A stretch of 62,829 nucleotides of DNA, filler included, from Nemertoderma westbladi (taxonomy: Eukaryota; Animalia; Xenacoelomorpha), in the NCBI GenBank assembly GCA_032718475.1. It is 4 parts of 4 records of this genome, joined end to end, with 100 filler letters (N's around TTAATTAATTAA, not from the genome) between each part and the next. Parts side by side here need not be neighbours in the genome. Positions count along the whole stretch, not along the records: positions 7,932 to 23,711 come from JAUCBJ010004443.1; positions 23,812 to 49,004 come from JAUCBJ010005347.1; 2 more parts are not named here. One strand, given 5' to 3'. The notes under the pieces were generated by a model, which saw only the letters and a program-made list of their open reading frames with translations, had not been told where the DNA came from and did not search any database. Every line of letters starts with the position of its first letter. The stretch's first letter is position 1. Positions 12,458 through 23,828 of the stretch are shown piece after piece. A program made the position numbers and the translations under genes.

Positions 12458-12870
12458 AACTTTCTAATAACTCTCAATTTTTTTTCATTAGAACCTTGTA
12501 TGAATGATAGTACCGGTACCAACAGGCCCTCTGTAGTTAAACTTTCTAATAACTCTCAATTTTTTTCCCATTAGAACCTTGTATGAATGATAGTACCGGT
12601 ACCAACAGGCCCTCTGTAGTTAAACTTTCTAATAACTCTCAATTTTTTTTCCATTAGAACCTTGTATGAATTATAGTACCGGTACCAACAGGCCCTCTGT
12701 AGTTAAACTTTCTAATAACTCTCAATTTTTTTTCCATTAGAACCTTGTATGAATGATAGTACCGGTACCAACAGGCCCTCTGTAGTTAAACTTTCTAATA
12801 ACTCTCAATTTTTTTTCCATTAGAACCTTGTATGAATGATAGTACCGGTACCAACAGGCCCTCTGTAGTT
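12458..12870. repeat. Tandem repeat, ~82-83 bp unit, 5 copies
   Basis: Unit TTTCTAATAACTCTCAATTTTTTTCCATTAGAACCTTGTATGAATGATAGTACCGGTACCAACAGGCCCTCTGTAGTTAAAC. Confidence 0.95.
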
Positions 12871-12983
12871 ACTTATAATGTAATGACATCCAAAGGAACC
12901 AACATTATGACGCATTTTGTGATGATTAATTATCATGTCAACATATCATACTGTATGGATTTCTGCTGAGACGTCTATGTATA

Positions 12984-13572
12984 CACCATGTCCTGGAATG
13001 TAGTGTCGTTATTGAGGTACCTGGACCCCCCCCCCCCCCCCCCACCCAAATTTTTCTACAAATCGTAATGAGATTGCATGAAATTTGAAACAGATAGTTT
13101 CACCTCCCTCCTCCTTGCTGGGTGAGCCATAATTTTTATTTTTGCTTTCATTCTTTAGGTACAAGCGTTTGAAAAAGGTTATTGCATTGTTGCCCAGCTA
13201 CGTATGGGATAAAGCAGGTGTAAAACCATGCAACTTTAGAATGCCCATATCTGCGCTATTTTACGACGAAATTCAGATTGTGATACATATTTGGAATCCT
13301 TGCATGGCCAGCTTTCTGTCAATATCAACAAATCGCTATAAGGTTGAATAATAACTGCGGTGTAACTGGCTCAATACCGACGGAGACACCTTTTTTAAAC
13401 GCTTGTAGCTAAAGATTGAAAGCAAAAATAAAAATTATGGCTCACCCAGTCAGTGGTCGGGAGGTGAAACTATATCTGTTTCAAATTTCATGCAATCTCA
13501 TTACGATTTGTAAAAAAATTAGGGGGGGGGGGCAGGTACCTCAATAACGACACTATATTCCAGGACATGGTG
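12984..13572. mobile_element. MITE with ~200-bp TIRs and TA target-site duplication (Tc1/mariner-like)
   Basis: TA|CACCATGTCCTGGAAT...ATTCCAGGACATGGTG|TA; inverted match extends ~200 bp each side; second copy at ~23178-23587. Confidence 0.85.
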
Positions 13573-14150
13573 TAGTGTAATCAATCATTGAATATAGGCC
13601 TACTGTAATTCACTGAATCACAATTTTGTAGAATGGATTTCGTAAATATAAGATAATACAACCAGGAATTTAAGATTGGTATACTATAGATTGGTATACT
13701 ATAGATTGGTATACTATAGATGCAACGAAATCGTATTGAATTAATTTTTTTTTAATTAATTTAACTCAACAAAAATCTGCATTTAATGACTGAATTAAAT
13801 GAAATCAAATGGCTTTATCCTTTTGGTTTATTAATTAACCTCACTCGATAAAGCTATTTATTTTCCGTGTAACAAAGAAAGGCTACGGCTACATACAAGA
13901 TACTTGTATGAGTTCAAGTATTTATTATAATAGAACAATAGAAACACACAACCAATACGACTATTGCACTATAATGAATAAAAATAAGTAATAAAATAAG
14001 TCAAATTTAAATATAAGAGGCCTACATTGGATCAAATGATTGCCTAACTCGGTATTTACAATTCATTTACCGGTAGTATACAGTAATATTAAATATTTAT
14101 AATAATATCAACATTTTTTCAAAAATTAATAATTATCAATTTCCACATCA

Positions 14151-14768
14151 CTACTCCATATAATCGAAATCCTCAGGTATCCCAAACTGCTCGTCGACTA
14201 AACTAGCTTCGCAATTAAACTGGTTCTTTATCCATGACCTGAGAGAGAGAACATTATCCGTCCACCGATTTGTCCCTTCCTTGGCGACACCTGTCTCGTC
14301 GTCGACTGCTGCGAGCACTGCGGGATCACACTCCCTGTATAAAGCTAATTCCTTCTCCAAACTCCCCATCAATATCTCCTTATCCGATATTTCGCTGAGT
14401 AGTTTATTCCGCTTGACGCTGTCTTCCTTACCTACACTAGCCGCTGCTATTACCTTCAATAGGTTTTGTAGTTTCGCCTGGTTTTCCTCAACAGATTTTT
14501 CTAGTTCCTGTTTCTTTTGCTTCCTGATGTTCAGAGCTTTGCTCGGGAAAGCCCAAAAGTAATTGGAAGTTCCGATTTTATCGAACTCCAGCAGATTGTC
14601 GTCTACAAGCCCCTGAACAAGATCCTTCACAACCATAGAATTGATCCCCTTCTCTTTAGACGCAAGTTTTTCAACCTCTTTCAGCTGGAAAAACTCTTGT
14701 TTTTCGAGGAAGATAGACATAATACGAGAACGTTTCTCTTCCAAACTTAAACCCTTTCGTTTTGACAT
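14151..14768 (-). CDS. MND1: Meiotic nuclear division protein 1, uninterrupted CDS, 205 aa
   Basis: MSKRKGLSLEEKRSR...FFQLKEVEKLASKEKGI...DKIGTSNYFWAFPSKA...TNRWTDNV...FGIPEDFDY; ATG at 14768. Confidence 0.97.
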   Translation of the reverse strand: MSKRKGLSLEEKRSRIMSIFLEKQEFFQLKEVEKLASKEKGINSMVVKDLVQGLVDDNLLEFDKIGTSNYFWAFPSKALNIRKQKKQELEKSVEENQAKLQNLLKVIAAASVGKEDSVKRNKLLSEISDKEILMGSLEKELALYRECDPAVLAAVDDETGVAKEGTNRWTDNVLSLRSWIKNQFNCEASLVDEQFGIPEDFDYME

Positions 14769-15010
14769 CTTTACCGGTACCGGTATGAACAGTACTGAAA
14801 TAAATTTATAAGCTTCACTCTTGTCAGGTACACAGCCTTCTAAACAAAAATTGCCAAAATTGCACGGTACATTACGGCGGTGAATTTGAATTTCAAACAA
14901 TCGGACTAATTATTATAAGATCAATAAAATGGTATCGTAAACGTAGGTCTGAGCTGAGTCTGAGTGAGTACTTACTGGTAAACCGCAGGCATCCATTTTG
15001 AATTACAGTT

Positions 15011-15705
15011 TACCACCCCAACCCCCACCCGCTAAATATTTCAGAAATTTGTTTTTTATTGCATCTAGAGCAGAATTTAATGGTGATTTCAAATCTGAAA
15101 TCGGCTTGGAGAGATCTCTTTTAGTTCAAAAATAGAAAAAATAATCAGATACTATTAACCAACCCATACAGGTAGTTTTGCGCGGGAAGGTTTGAACTTT
15201 GAAGGCGATATGACATTTTGTAGCGATTACTCCTCCGCCATTTCTTTACCGTTTTTTGCAGTTTCTGCTTTATATAAAAGGTAATTTCATAAGCTTCAAT
15301 AAATTTCACGCACTTTTCTTAAATTAAAAGTATTTCCCAATTTTTTGAACGAAAAATTACAAAAAATGGGTTGTTTCAGTTTTAAAAACATTTTGATTTT
15401 TTTTAAAAAAATGCCAATTATCAGAAATAGAAAACGACAATAAAAAAAAGAATTTGATGAAAATGAACATGCTGGTTCCAAAAAAGGTGGTATCGGAAAA
15501 TAAAAAAGGAAAATACAGTATCGGAGGACATTATAGTGAAATTTTTTAAATTTGACGCAGGCCACTAGGGGGCGCCAAAAAATTTTTTTTTAATTTTTAT
15601 GTACATTAATTTTGATGATTCTCCTTTCGATGGTATATCGTTTCCTATGCATTTTTCAACCACATTCATTGGAGACATTTACGAAGCACCCACCCACCCA
15701 CATTA
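15011..15705. mobile_element. Degenerate Kolobok-like non-autonomous element between MND1 and RPA1
   Basis: 15040-15128 (TAGAGCAGAATTTAATGGTGATTTCAAATCTGAAA...TCTCTTTTAGTTC) closely matches 55155-55243 of the TTAA-flanked element. Ends are eroded, so boundaries are approximate. Confidence 0.6.
15560..15577 (+). promoter_or_regulatory. CTCF-consensus-like motif GGCCACTAGGGGGCGCCA
   Basis: Matches the canonical CTCF core CCACYAGGGGGCGC. Sequence match only; binding not shown. Confidence 0.4.
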
Positions 15706-15883
15706 AAAATGAATATTTAAAAATCCCGCTCTCACTTATTGCTTGAGATTGTAGATCTACTGTACTGCTGTACTGTCTGACTGCACATTAGAATTCTGGC
15801 AACCGGGTAGCGCCGATAAGCTGAGAGGTTACCGGTATTCATTAGAAGTTGGCCTATCTCTAACAAATTAAAATTATTTGAAA

Positions 15884-17770
15884 ATGAACACGAAACAGCT
15901 CTCTTCCGGTGTTTTAAAAACAATAATCCATGGGGGAGAAAGTCCATCCAACCCGGTTGTTCAGTTACTGGGGCTAAAGAAGATTGGTGGTCCGGGACAG
16001 GCGGGACCCAACGACCGTTGGAGACTACTGGTCTCGGACGGTCTCTACCAGTACTCGTCGGCTATGATAGCAACCCAACTGAACGACCACGTCACCAACG
16101 GTCTCTTAGAAACCAACACCGTCATGAAGATGGATAAATACGTTTGTAACACCGTCGGTCAGGGAGACAACATGAAGAAAGTTCTAATTATTCTGGAATA
16201 TTCCATGGTCATTCCCGGGAAAGAAACCGGGAAAATCGGGAATCCAACTAATCTACCGAGCGGCGGTCCCCCACCTCCGCAGTCGGCGGTGTCGCCACAG
16301 CAACCTCGACAACCGCTGACCACGACGCAACCTCCGCAACGGACCGTCTCCAGCGGCGGCTTCTACGGGGCCCCAAAGCAGGGAGCGACAGATAGCTACC
16401 GTGGCAACCAATCGAGCGGATACCCCGGCAACCAACCGAGTGCCTACCAACCCGCCACACCGGCATCCAGCGTTATCCCCATCGCGGGATTGAACCCCTA
16501 CCAATCCCGATGGACGATCCGTGCTCGCATAGAAACCAAAGGATCCGTGCGCAACTACAGCAACGCGCGTGGCGACGGACGGTTGTTTAACGTGACGTTT
16601 ATCGACGGAAGCGGCGAGATTCGAGCGACCGGATTCAACCAGGAAGTCGATAAATTCTACGACCTTCTGGAACCCAACCGCGTCTACGAGGTATCCGGAC
16701 TCCAAGTTAAACCCGCGAACAAACAATTCAACAACCTAAAGAACGATTACGAACTTACTTTTAACGCGAACAGCGTAGTCACGGTAGCAGACGATGATAA
16801 ATCCATACCGGCTTTGAAGCTCGACTTCGTAAAAATCGCAGAAATCGATAAACTTGCGGCGCAATCCAACGTAGATCTCCTAGCCGTTGTTAAACAGGTC
16901 GGGGAGTTAACTTCCGTAGTCGGGAGACAATCCAACAAGGAGGTGAAGAAGCGGGACGTTCAGTTGGTCGACGATTCGTCTACTTCGGTTCAGTGCACGT
17001 TGTGGGGGTTGGAAGCGGAGCAGTTCGAGGGATCGGGGAACCCAGTGGTCGCGTTTAAAGGGGTCCGGGTATCGGATTGGAACGGGAAGTCGTTGAGTTT
17101 AATGGGCGGGGGTTCGATGTACGTGAACCCGGACGTTGTGGAGGCGCATCGGTTGCGGGGCTGGTGGGATACGGTGGGAGTGGGGGTCACTGTCTGGGGG
17201 AATCTCAGCGGGGGGATGGGAGGAGGGGGGGCCGAAGGCGGAACGCCCTGGAAACCCATCGCGGCGATAAAGGAGGAGAAATTGGGGTTGGATAAAGCGG
17301 ATTGGTTGAGCGTGGTCGGGACTGTGGTCTACTTCCGCAGGGAGAATTGTCTGTACCAGGCGTGCCCGCAGGACGGTTGCAATAAGAAGTTAGTGGATCA
17401 GCAGAACGGGTTCTATAGATGCGAGAAGTGCAACCAGGAGTACAACGAGTTCCGTTACCGACTCATCCTCGGCTGTAACATCGCGGATTACTCAGACAAC
17501 CAATGGATCACGTGCTTCCAGGACTCCGCCGAGACCATTCTCGGAGTCCCAGCAGCCGAGGTCGGGAGACTACGGGAGGCAGACCCCCAAGGCTTCGAGA
17601 ACATATTCGCTAAGGCCAACTTCCGAACGTATCAGTTCAAACTGAAGGCGGTGTTGGAGAATTACAACGACGAACAGCGGCTAAAATGTGTCGCGATGAA
17701 CGTGAAACCAGTTGATCCGGTGGAATACGGGCGGAAGTTGTTGGGAGAACTGAAAGAGTTACTCGGTTAA
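15884..17770 (+). CDS. RPA1: Replication protein A 70 kDa subunit, uninterrupted CDS, 628 aa
   Basis: N-terminal OB fold (RWRLLVSDG), P/Q linker, DBD-A (LNPYQSRWTIRAR, DGSGEIRATGFN), DBD-B (CTLWG), DBD-C zinc ribbon (YQACPQDGCNKK...RCEKC); first ATG at 15884. Confidence 0.98.
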   Translation: MNTKQLSSGVLKTIIHGGESPSNPVVQLLGLKKIGGPGQAGPNDRWRLLVSDGLYQYSSAMIATQLNDHVTNGLLETNTVMKMDKYVCNTVGQGDNMKKVLIILEYSMVIPGKETGKIGNPTNLPSGGPPPPQSAVSPQQPRQPLTTTQPPQRTVSSGGFYGAPKQGATDSYRGNQSSGYPGNQPSAYQPATPASSVIPIAGLNPYQSRWTIRARIETKGSVRNYSNARGDGRLFNVTFIDGSGEIRATGFNQEVDKFYDLLEPNRVYEVSGLQVKPANKQFNNLKNDYELTFNANSVVTVADDDKSIPALKLDFVKIAEIDKLAAQSNVDLLAVVKQVGELTSVVGRQSNKEVKKRDVQLVDDSSTSVQCTLWGLEAEQFEGSGNPVVAFKGVRVSDWNGKSLSLMGGGSMYVNPDVVEAHRLRGWWDTVGVGVTVWGNLSGGMGGGGAEGGTPWKPIAAIKEEKLGLDKADWLSVVGTVVYFRRENCLYQACPQDGCNKKLVDQQNGFYRCEKCNQEYNEFRYRLILGCNIADYSDNQWITCFQDSAETILGVPAAEVGRLREADPQGFENIFAKANFRTYQFKLKAVLENYNDEQRLKCVAMNVKPVDPVEYGRKLLGELKELLG

Positions 17771-19620
17771 ACAGTGTATGACTATCAGTTAGGTCGGTAT
17801 TGTATTTCCGCTCTTCAAATAACTCAACTTGATGAATTTTTCGCCGGCCGAGATCATGAATACTGACATATTGTGGTGGTTCAAAGTGTCCAATAGAAGT
17901 TGATTCAAAATTATAAGCCTTTCCTTGGAGTCGTGGATATTGCGATTACTGACTCAACCAACGTGTAAATAAAAGGTTTTTTGGACAGGTTTGGATCTCC
18001 CTAATTACATTATATACAACCCATTATTAGAGTATTACAACCTACCGTGTTTACGTACCATTTTGTAAGATATTATTACATTGAAGTATTTTGATCTCTC
18101 TTTATCATTATAGTTAATCCCGTTGTGTGTACTTTGCGCGGACGAATTGACACTTAGAATGTGGAGAATTGCGCTCCAAAGTGTGAGAACGTATCACTGA
18201 GTGAAATCGTCTGTAGTTTCTACGACACACATTACCTACGGACAGACAATGCCCTATTGACATACTATATGCTACTTCAACTTGGATACTGATCTCGTGG
18301 CTCGCCCCACAAGTATAGACCCAGACTGGTATTATTATGAAGTTATCTTCCTTTATAGTTCACTATAATCGATATGATTCTTAATTTAATTTAATATTCT
18401 GTAGAAGTTAGTCGTATTTTTGTATTAAGTAATTCTCTACAACAACATAAAAAATTTTTAAAACCATATATATAATTTAAATCAATGTTATATTTTAATT
18501 TTATTTTTCCAAAGAAAAAAAATCATACATCTTGTCCGGGTTGTTACAAAATAATAATTGATTTTGCACCAAAGCTTGACATGTAATACATTCGCACACT
18601 CGGACTCGGACTTCGGACGTTTTTTTTTACTGCATTTGCTTGAAAATTAAAATATAACAAACTTATTTATCTGTTTTCCACCAACTTCTTACATTACACC
18701 TACACGATTGCTTAACCTGTAACGGACAAAGACTTTGAATCGTGATTACCACTGTAGTTTATATGATAACAATCTTGCAATACGTTACTTTTGTGCTTTT
18801 CTACTTGTGTATATTAAATAATCCATCATGTGTGAATCGATGTTCAGACAGAATCTGGGATGTGGCAATATAATTTAAATGCATACTTATTATGAATATT
18901 ACACTATCACACAATTCTTTACTTCACGATCCCCATGTTTCTTATTGTACAAATATGTTATCTTATTCAGTGAAACTTAATAAATATATTCATACCATAT
19001 TTTCAAAGTTTTTCTTTGACAAGCGAAGGAATCACTTTCAATCATTCGTTAACTTTGAATGCGGTTGAAAATAAAATAATTAAGTATTTATTATACATGC
19101 CCGATATTAACTTACTGATCATGTCTGCTAACTTAATATAATTGAGTGAGCGAACCAGAACTTGTTCGCTAAATAAACAATGAGGATTCCATGTCATCTT
19201 TAGGGTCTCAATACAACACACCAAATAATACATATTATAGCTAATCAATCCAACGACAAAGTGCCCCTAAAGAGCTTCATTTTCAGCTTATATCCAAGGG
19301 GGTCCGTTCTATTCTTGGTTACAAATACAATATTACAACCACGCTAACCTAAAACTAAAATAAAAAAAATATAATCAAGCATTAAGTTGTAGGCCTACTC
19401 GATGTACAACCTTCAGAGAGTAACAATGTCCGACTCTGCGATAAAGATGTAAATACGTACACGCACAAATAATAAACTCGCCAAATAAAAACATAAGTAT
19501 CTGTATAAATTTTCAAAAGATTTCAAGTTCGAGAGGTAAAAAGGCAAAACGGTAAAGCCAAATCATTTTTCCCACATCAAACCTATTCCAACCTCATATC
19601 CCTCTAATCTGAATTCAATC

Positions 19621-20460
19621 CTACAATAAGAACTGGTATGTACAATCATCCCATTGCATCTCCCCGCAATAATCTCGATCCTTACATTCCGTTCTAATGC
19701 TGCGGTCTATGTAATCAACCTGGTTGTCCCAGTCCACCAGTACAACGGTAGACGATGTCGTACCGTACCTCCCGAACGGCGTGTCACAGGCCGCCACGTG
19801 GATGCTATTAATATCTTCATATAATCTCGGTTCCAATACCTCGTGCCCGTATTTAGTAGAGTTTCCCAAAATAACAAGTAACATTTTTATAAATTTAGTT
19901 TTATCTACGGCTTCTGGGTGACTGAGAGAATCCGAAAATAAGCTCCTTCCCACTTTCAGTTTAGTCCAGGGGGTGTCTAGACTCGAATTACTTAAACCGT
20001 GGGTTTCGCCAGGTTCCAGTTGAATTACTTCGTTATACTTGTTGCCATAATAGGATGCAGTTACCGGGCAACGAGCAGCTCCGATATCCATAGCAACTAT
20101 ATTGAACCCACTATGTGGAGAATCCACCTCGAAGTTCTTTAGATCCTCGCAATACTCGCTCGGTGATTGGTTGCCAAGCAGGTAGGTAGGGACTAGTGTT
20201 CCGCGGGGGAGCAGCATCTGGGGTCCTGCGGACCAGTTGGTTAAGAAGGAGAGACGTTTCACCGGTTCTGTACAAAGGCCTAACCACGTGCCGCCTTCCC
20301 GGCCTTCCGTGCGGTCCTGGCCCGCCAGGATTGGATGATTATCCCACCAATGGACGGCCGCGCATGGTCGAGAGAAATACTCATCCCGATTAAAAGCCAA
20401 TACCAACTTATAGGGGAAGTAGGCGGGCGAAGTGCCAATGTGGAACCAGGAAATACACAT
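19621..20460 (-). CDS. TANGO2: TANGO2 / NRDE-family protein, uninterrupted CDS, 279 aa
   Basis: MCI start, NRDEY motif, GGTWLG, RGxLV, GFN, HGLSNSSLDTPWxK, YGTTSSTVVLVD. Confidence 0.93.
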   Translation of the reverse strand: MCISWFHIGTSPAYFPYKLVLAFNRDEYFSRPCAAVHWWDNHPILAGQDRTEGREGGTWLGLCTEPVKRLSFLTNWSAGPQMLLPRGTLVPTYLLGNQSPSEYCEDLKNFEVDSPHSGFNIVAMDIGAARCPVTASYYGNKYNEVIQLEPGETHGLSNSSLDTPWTKLKVGRSLFSDSLSHPEAVDKTKFIKMLLVILGNSTKYGHEVLEPRLYEDINSIHVAACDTPFGRYGTTSSTVVLVDWDNQVDYIDRSIRTECKDRDYCGEMQWDDCTYQFLL

Positions 20461-20711
20461 TGTACTGGCCTAGGTAAGGTACCGGCAAACCGGTACGGTA
20501 CGGAAGCTACAGGCCTAGGTAAGGGATATCAATAATAATTATTTTAATTAACATTACAATAAATTCAATTAAGCCTACCAAGTTGTTCTGTGTGAAAGTG
20601 GAATACGTCCTAGCCCTTTCATTTACAATGGTTTCCAGGTAACAAATCTAATTTACAAAGGTTTTTCCGAAGCCTTAGTCTCCCAAGGAGCAGGTTACAG
20701 GGTTCCCCGGC

Positions 20712-20998
20712 TTTAGATCCTAGAGCACCTTAGATCCTGAACGAACTTAGATCTTGGGTGAACTTAGATCCTTACCAATCGAACTTAGATCATTTCTTAT
20801 AGGAACTTAGATCCTTCCCATACGCGCTTAGATCCTTCCCATACGAACTTAGATCCTTCCCATACGAACTTAGATCCTTTCCCATACGAACTCAGATCCT
20901 TCCCATACGAACTCAGATCCTTCCCTTACGAACTTTAGACCCTTCCCATACGAACTTAGATCCTACCCATACGAAACTTATATCCTCAACATACGAAC
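20712..20998 (+). repeat. Left subterminal array, ~21-bp unit GAACTTAGATCCTTCCCATAC
   Basis: Directly visible, about 12 copies. Confidence 0.9.
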
Positions 20999-21589
20999 CA
21001 GTGGCGGATTTAGTCTCAGCCACATTATTACCACTAATAACCCACCCCCCCCCCCCCCCCCCCCATCTCTGCCATCATCGTTGTCTGTAAATGTGGCCTT
21101 GGAACTTCGTCATAATGGAAGCAAGGGGAGCCTAATTGACCACAGCAGGAGGGCGCCTCATTGATATTGCTGTTCAGCACTGTGGGAACAGTGGGGAACA
21201 GCATTGAGGTTTTGACTCCATCTGTGTCATGGAAATCGATCAACTTGCTTACTGGGCGGCAAAGCCAACCAACCACCAAGGTTAAGGCAGAATCACCAGC
21301 CGATCGCCTCCATATGGTTATGGAAGGCCCACTTTGAAAAGTTCCTCAATAATGACGGGGTATGACGGGATATTTTAAAATACTGGCTACGGGCCTGTAA
21401 ACTACTGTAGTACTGCAAAAACAAATTATATATATTAGCTATCTCTATTTCTAATTTCATTGGGGGGGGGGGGGGGGGGGGGGGGGGTAACATAATGCAG
21501 GATATGAGAGGATTATGTGTACGGTATTTATAAAAAGTGCCCCCCCCCCCCCCCCCCCCCCCCTTCATCAATTCCTAGATCCGACACTG
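20999..21589. mobile_element. hAT-like MITE nested in the left array
   Basis: TIRs CAGTGGCGGATTTAG ... CTAGATCCGACACTG; 8-bp TSD ATACGAAC / ATACGAGC. Confidence 0.75.
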
Positions 21590-22261
21590 ATACGAGCTAA
21601 GATCCTACCGACTAAATTAGCAACGAATTAGCTATTAATTTGCAAATTAAATCACCGCACCAATACTAATGTCTTCCTATCATTGTATTACAGTACTACA
21701 GTAATTGACCTTTTTAATTAGGACAAAACAGCAGGGGCATGTCTTCAAAACAAAGAGGTTATTCTAATAGCGTTGTACAAACACATACAGAGTTAATGAT
21801 ATACAGTAGCGATACTTATGTATGTCAATATATAATATAAAAGTTGATATCAATGAACCCCTGCTGCCCTGCTGTTGCCAACTAACTGTACTCTATGTAT
21901 ATGCACATTAACATTAATTTATGAACGAAGTCAAACTTTATTTCCCTACACTTGAATATATTTTATGACAGTAATTAATATTATACATAATAAGTTATCA
22001 AATCAAATTCATCTCCTCATTCTTTCATTCTCAGTATAATAATAATAACTACTGTATAAACTTTCAAGACGTACTATAAAAGACCATCTGGTGGCCGACA
22101 CTTTAGGGCCAGTTTTTCCTACGATTAATTTTATAACTGCTAATAATTGTAATAACTTTTGTTAACGGTACATTTAAAATTATTAAAGTTATTTAGTAAG
22201 TAGTAAAAAATTAAACATAGGAAAAACTGGTCCAAAGTTTCCTTGTTAAAGTTCAACCAGA

Positions 22262-23120
22262 TAGGATCTAAGTTCACCTAGTTAGGATCTAAGTTCACCG
22301 AGTTAGGATATAAGTTCACCTAGTTAGGATCTAAGTTCACCTAGTTAGGATCTAAGTTCACCTAGTTAGGATCTAAGTTCACCGAGTTAGGATATAAGTT
22401 CACCTAGTTAGGATCTAAGTTCACCTAGTTAGGATCTAAGTTCACCTAGTTAGGATCTAAGTTCACCGAGTTAGGATCTAAGTTCACCGAGTTGGGATCT
22501 AAGTTCACCTAGTTAGGATCTAAGTTCACCTAGTTAGGATCTAAGTTCACCGAGTTAGGATCTAAGTTCACCTAGTTAGGATCTAAGTTCACCGAGTTGG
22601 GATCTAAGTTCACCGAGTTAGGATCTAAGTTCACCTAGTTAGGATCTAAGTTCACCGAGTTAGGATCTAAGTTCACCGAGTTAGGATCTAAGTTCACCTA
22701 GTTAGGATCTAAGTTCACCGAGTTGGGATCTAAGTTCACCGAGTTAGGATCTAAGTTCACCGAGTTGGGATCTAAGTTCATCTAGTTAGGATCTAAGTTC
22801 ACCTAGTTAGGATCTACTTTCACCTAGTAAGGATCTAAGTTCACCTAGTTAGGATCTAAGTTCACCTAGTTAGGATCTAAGTTCACCGAGTTGGGATCTA
22901 AGTTCACCGAGTTAGGATCTAAGTTCACCGAGTTAGGATCTAAGTTCACCTAGTTAGGATCTAAGTTCACTTAGTTGGGATCTAAGTTCACCTAGTTAGG
23001 ATCTGAGTTTACCTAGTTAGGATCTAAGTTCACCGAGTTAGGATCTAAGTTCACCCAGCTAGGATCTTTGTTCGCAAAGATCTAAGTTCATCAAAGTCAG
23101 GCCTTGCAGGATCTAAGTTC
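22262..23120 (-). repeat. Right subterminal array, 21-bp unit AGTTAGGATCTAAGTTCACC(T/G), ~38 copies
   Basis: Directly visible; core is the reverse complement of the left array core. Confidence 0.96.
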
Positions 23121-23177
23121 GTTTTACCGGTTGCAGAGGCGTGTTGGGGGAACTACAAGATTAATACAAGATGACGT

Positions 23178-23587
23178 CTTGGAATATACAGTAGTGTCAT
23201 TATTCTGGTACTGTACATGCCCCCACCCCCCTCACCCCTCACCCCCCACAAACGTATGGTGTACTCTATTTTTCAACGAATTTGAGATTGTTTTACATAT
23301 TTGGAATCCTTGCATGGCCAGCTTTCTAACAGTACCAACAAATCACTATAAGGTTCAAGAATAACTGCGGTGTACCTAGTGCAATATCGTCGGAGATCCC
23401 TTTTTCAAACGTTTGTGGCTAAAGAATGAAAGCAAAAATAAAAATTCCGACTCACCCACTAAGGAGAAGGGAGAGGAAACTAACTCTGTTTCAAATTTCA
23501 TTCAATCTCATTAAGAAATTTTTTTTTTGGGGGGGGGGGGGGGGGTCGTGTCATTGAATTACGACACTATTATTCTGGGCTATGGTG
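23178..23587. mobile_element. Internally deleted, diverged copy of the 12984-13572 MITE
   Basis: Shares CATATTTGGAATCCTTGCATGGCCAGCTTTCT core and the right TIR ending ATGGTG|TA. Confidence 0.8.
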
Positions 23588-23711
23588 TACAGTACACCAT
23601 ACATGTGTAGTAATCCCTAACGTTTTTTTTAACTACTGTATGGTTTTCCATAGTAATATATAATCCATATTGGCCTCCTACGTCGAATTCATGGCAACTG
23701 AAGGAACAGAT

Positions 23712-23811
23712 NNNNNNNNNNNNNNNNNNNNNNNNNNNNNNNNNNNNNNNNNNNNTTAATTAATTAANNNNNNNNNNNNNNNNNNNNNNNNNNNNNNNNN
23801 NNNNNNNNNNN
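23712..23811. other. Assembly gap linker
   Basis: N run with TTAATTAATTAA. Confidence 0.98.
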
Positions 23812-23828
23812 AATCAATGACAGGTACA

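Larger units (their letters stand above)
20701..23128. mobile_element. Merlin-like non-autonomous element with inverted subterminal 21-bp arrays and 8-bp TSD
   Basis: Ends GGTTCCCCGGCTTTAGATCC ... GGATCTAAGTTCGTTTTACC, flanked by GGTTACAG / GGTTGCAG; left array GAACTTAGATCC, right array GGATCTAAGTTC. Confidence 0.6.

Noticed and set aside
17800-19320. Coding-looking decayed sequence between RPA1 and TANGO2
   Set aside because: No sustained frame or recognisable motif could be established by eye.
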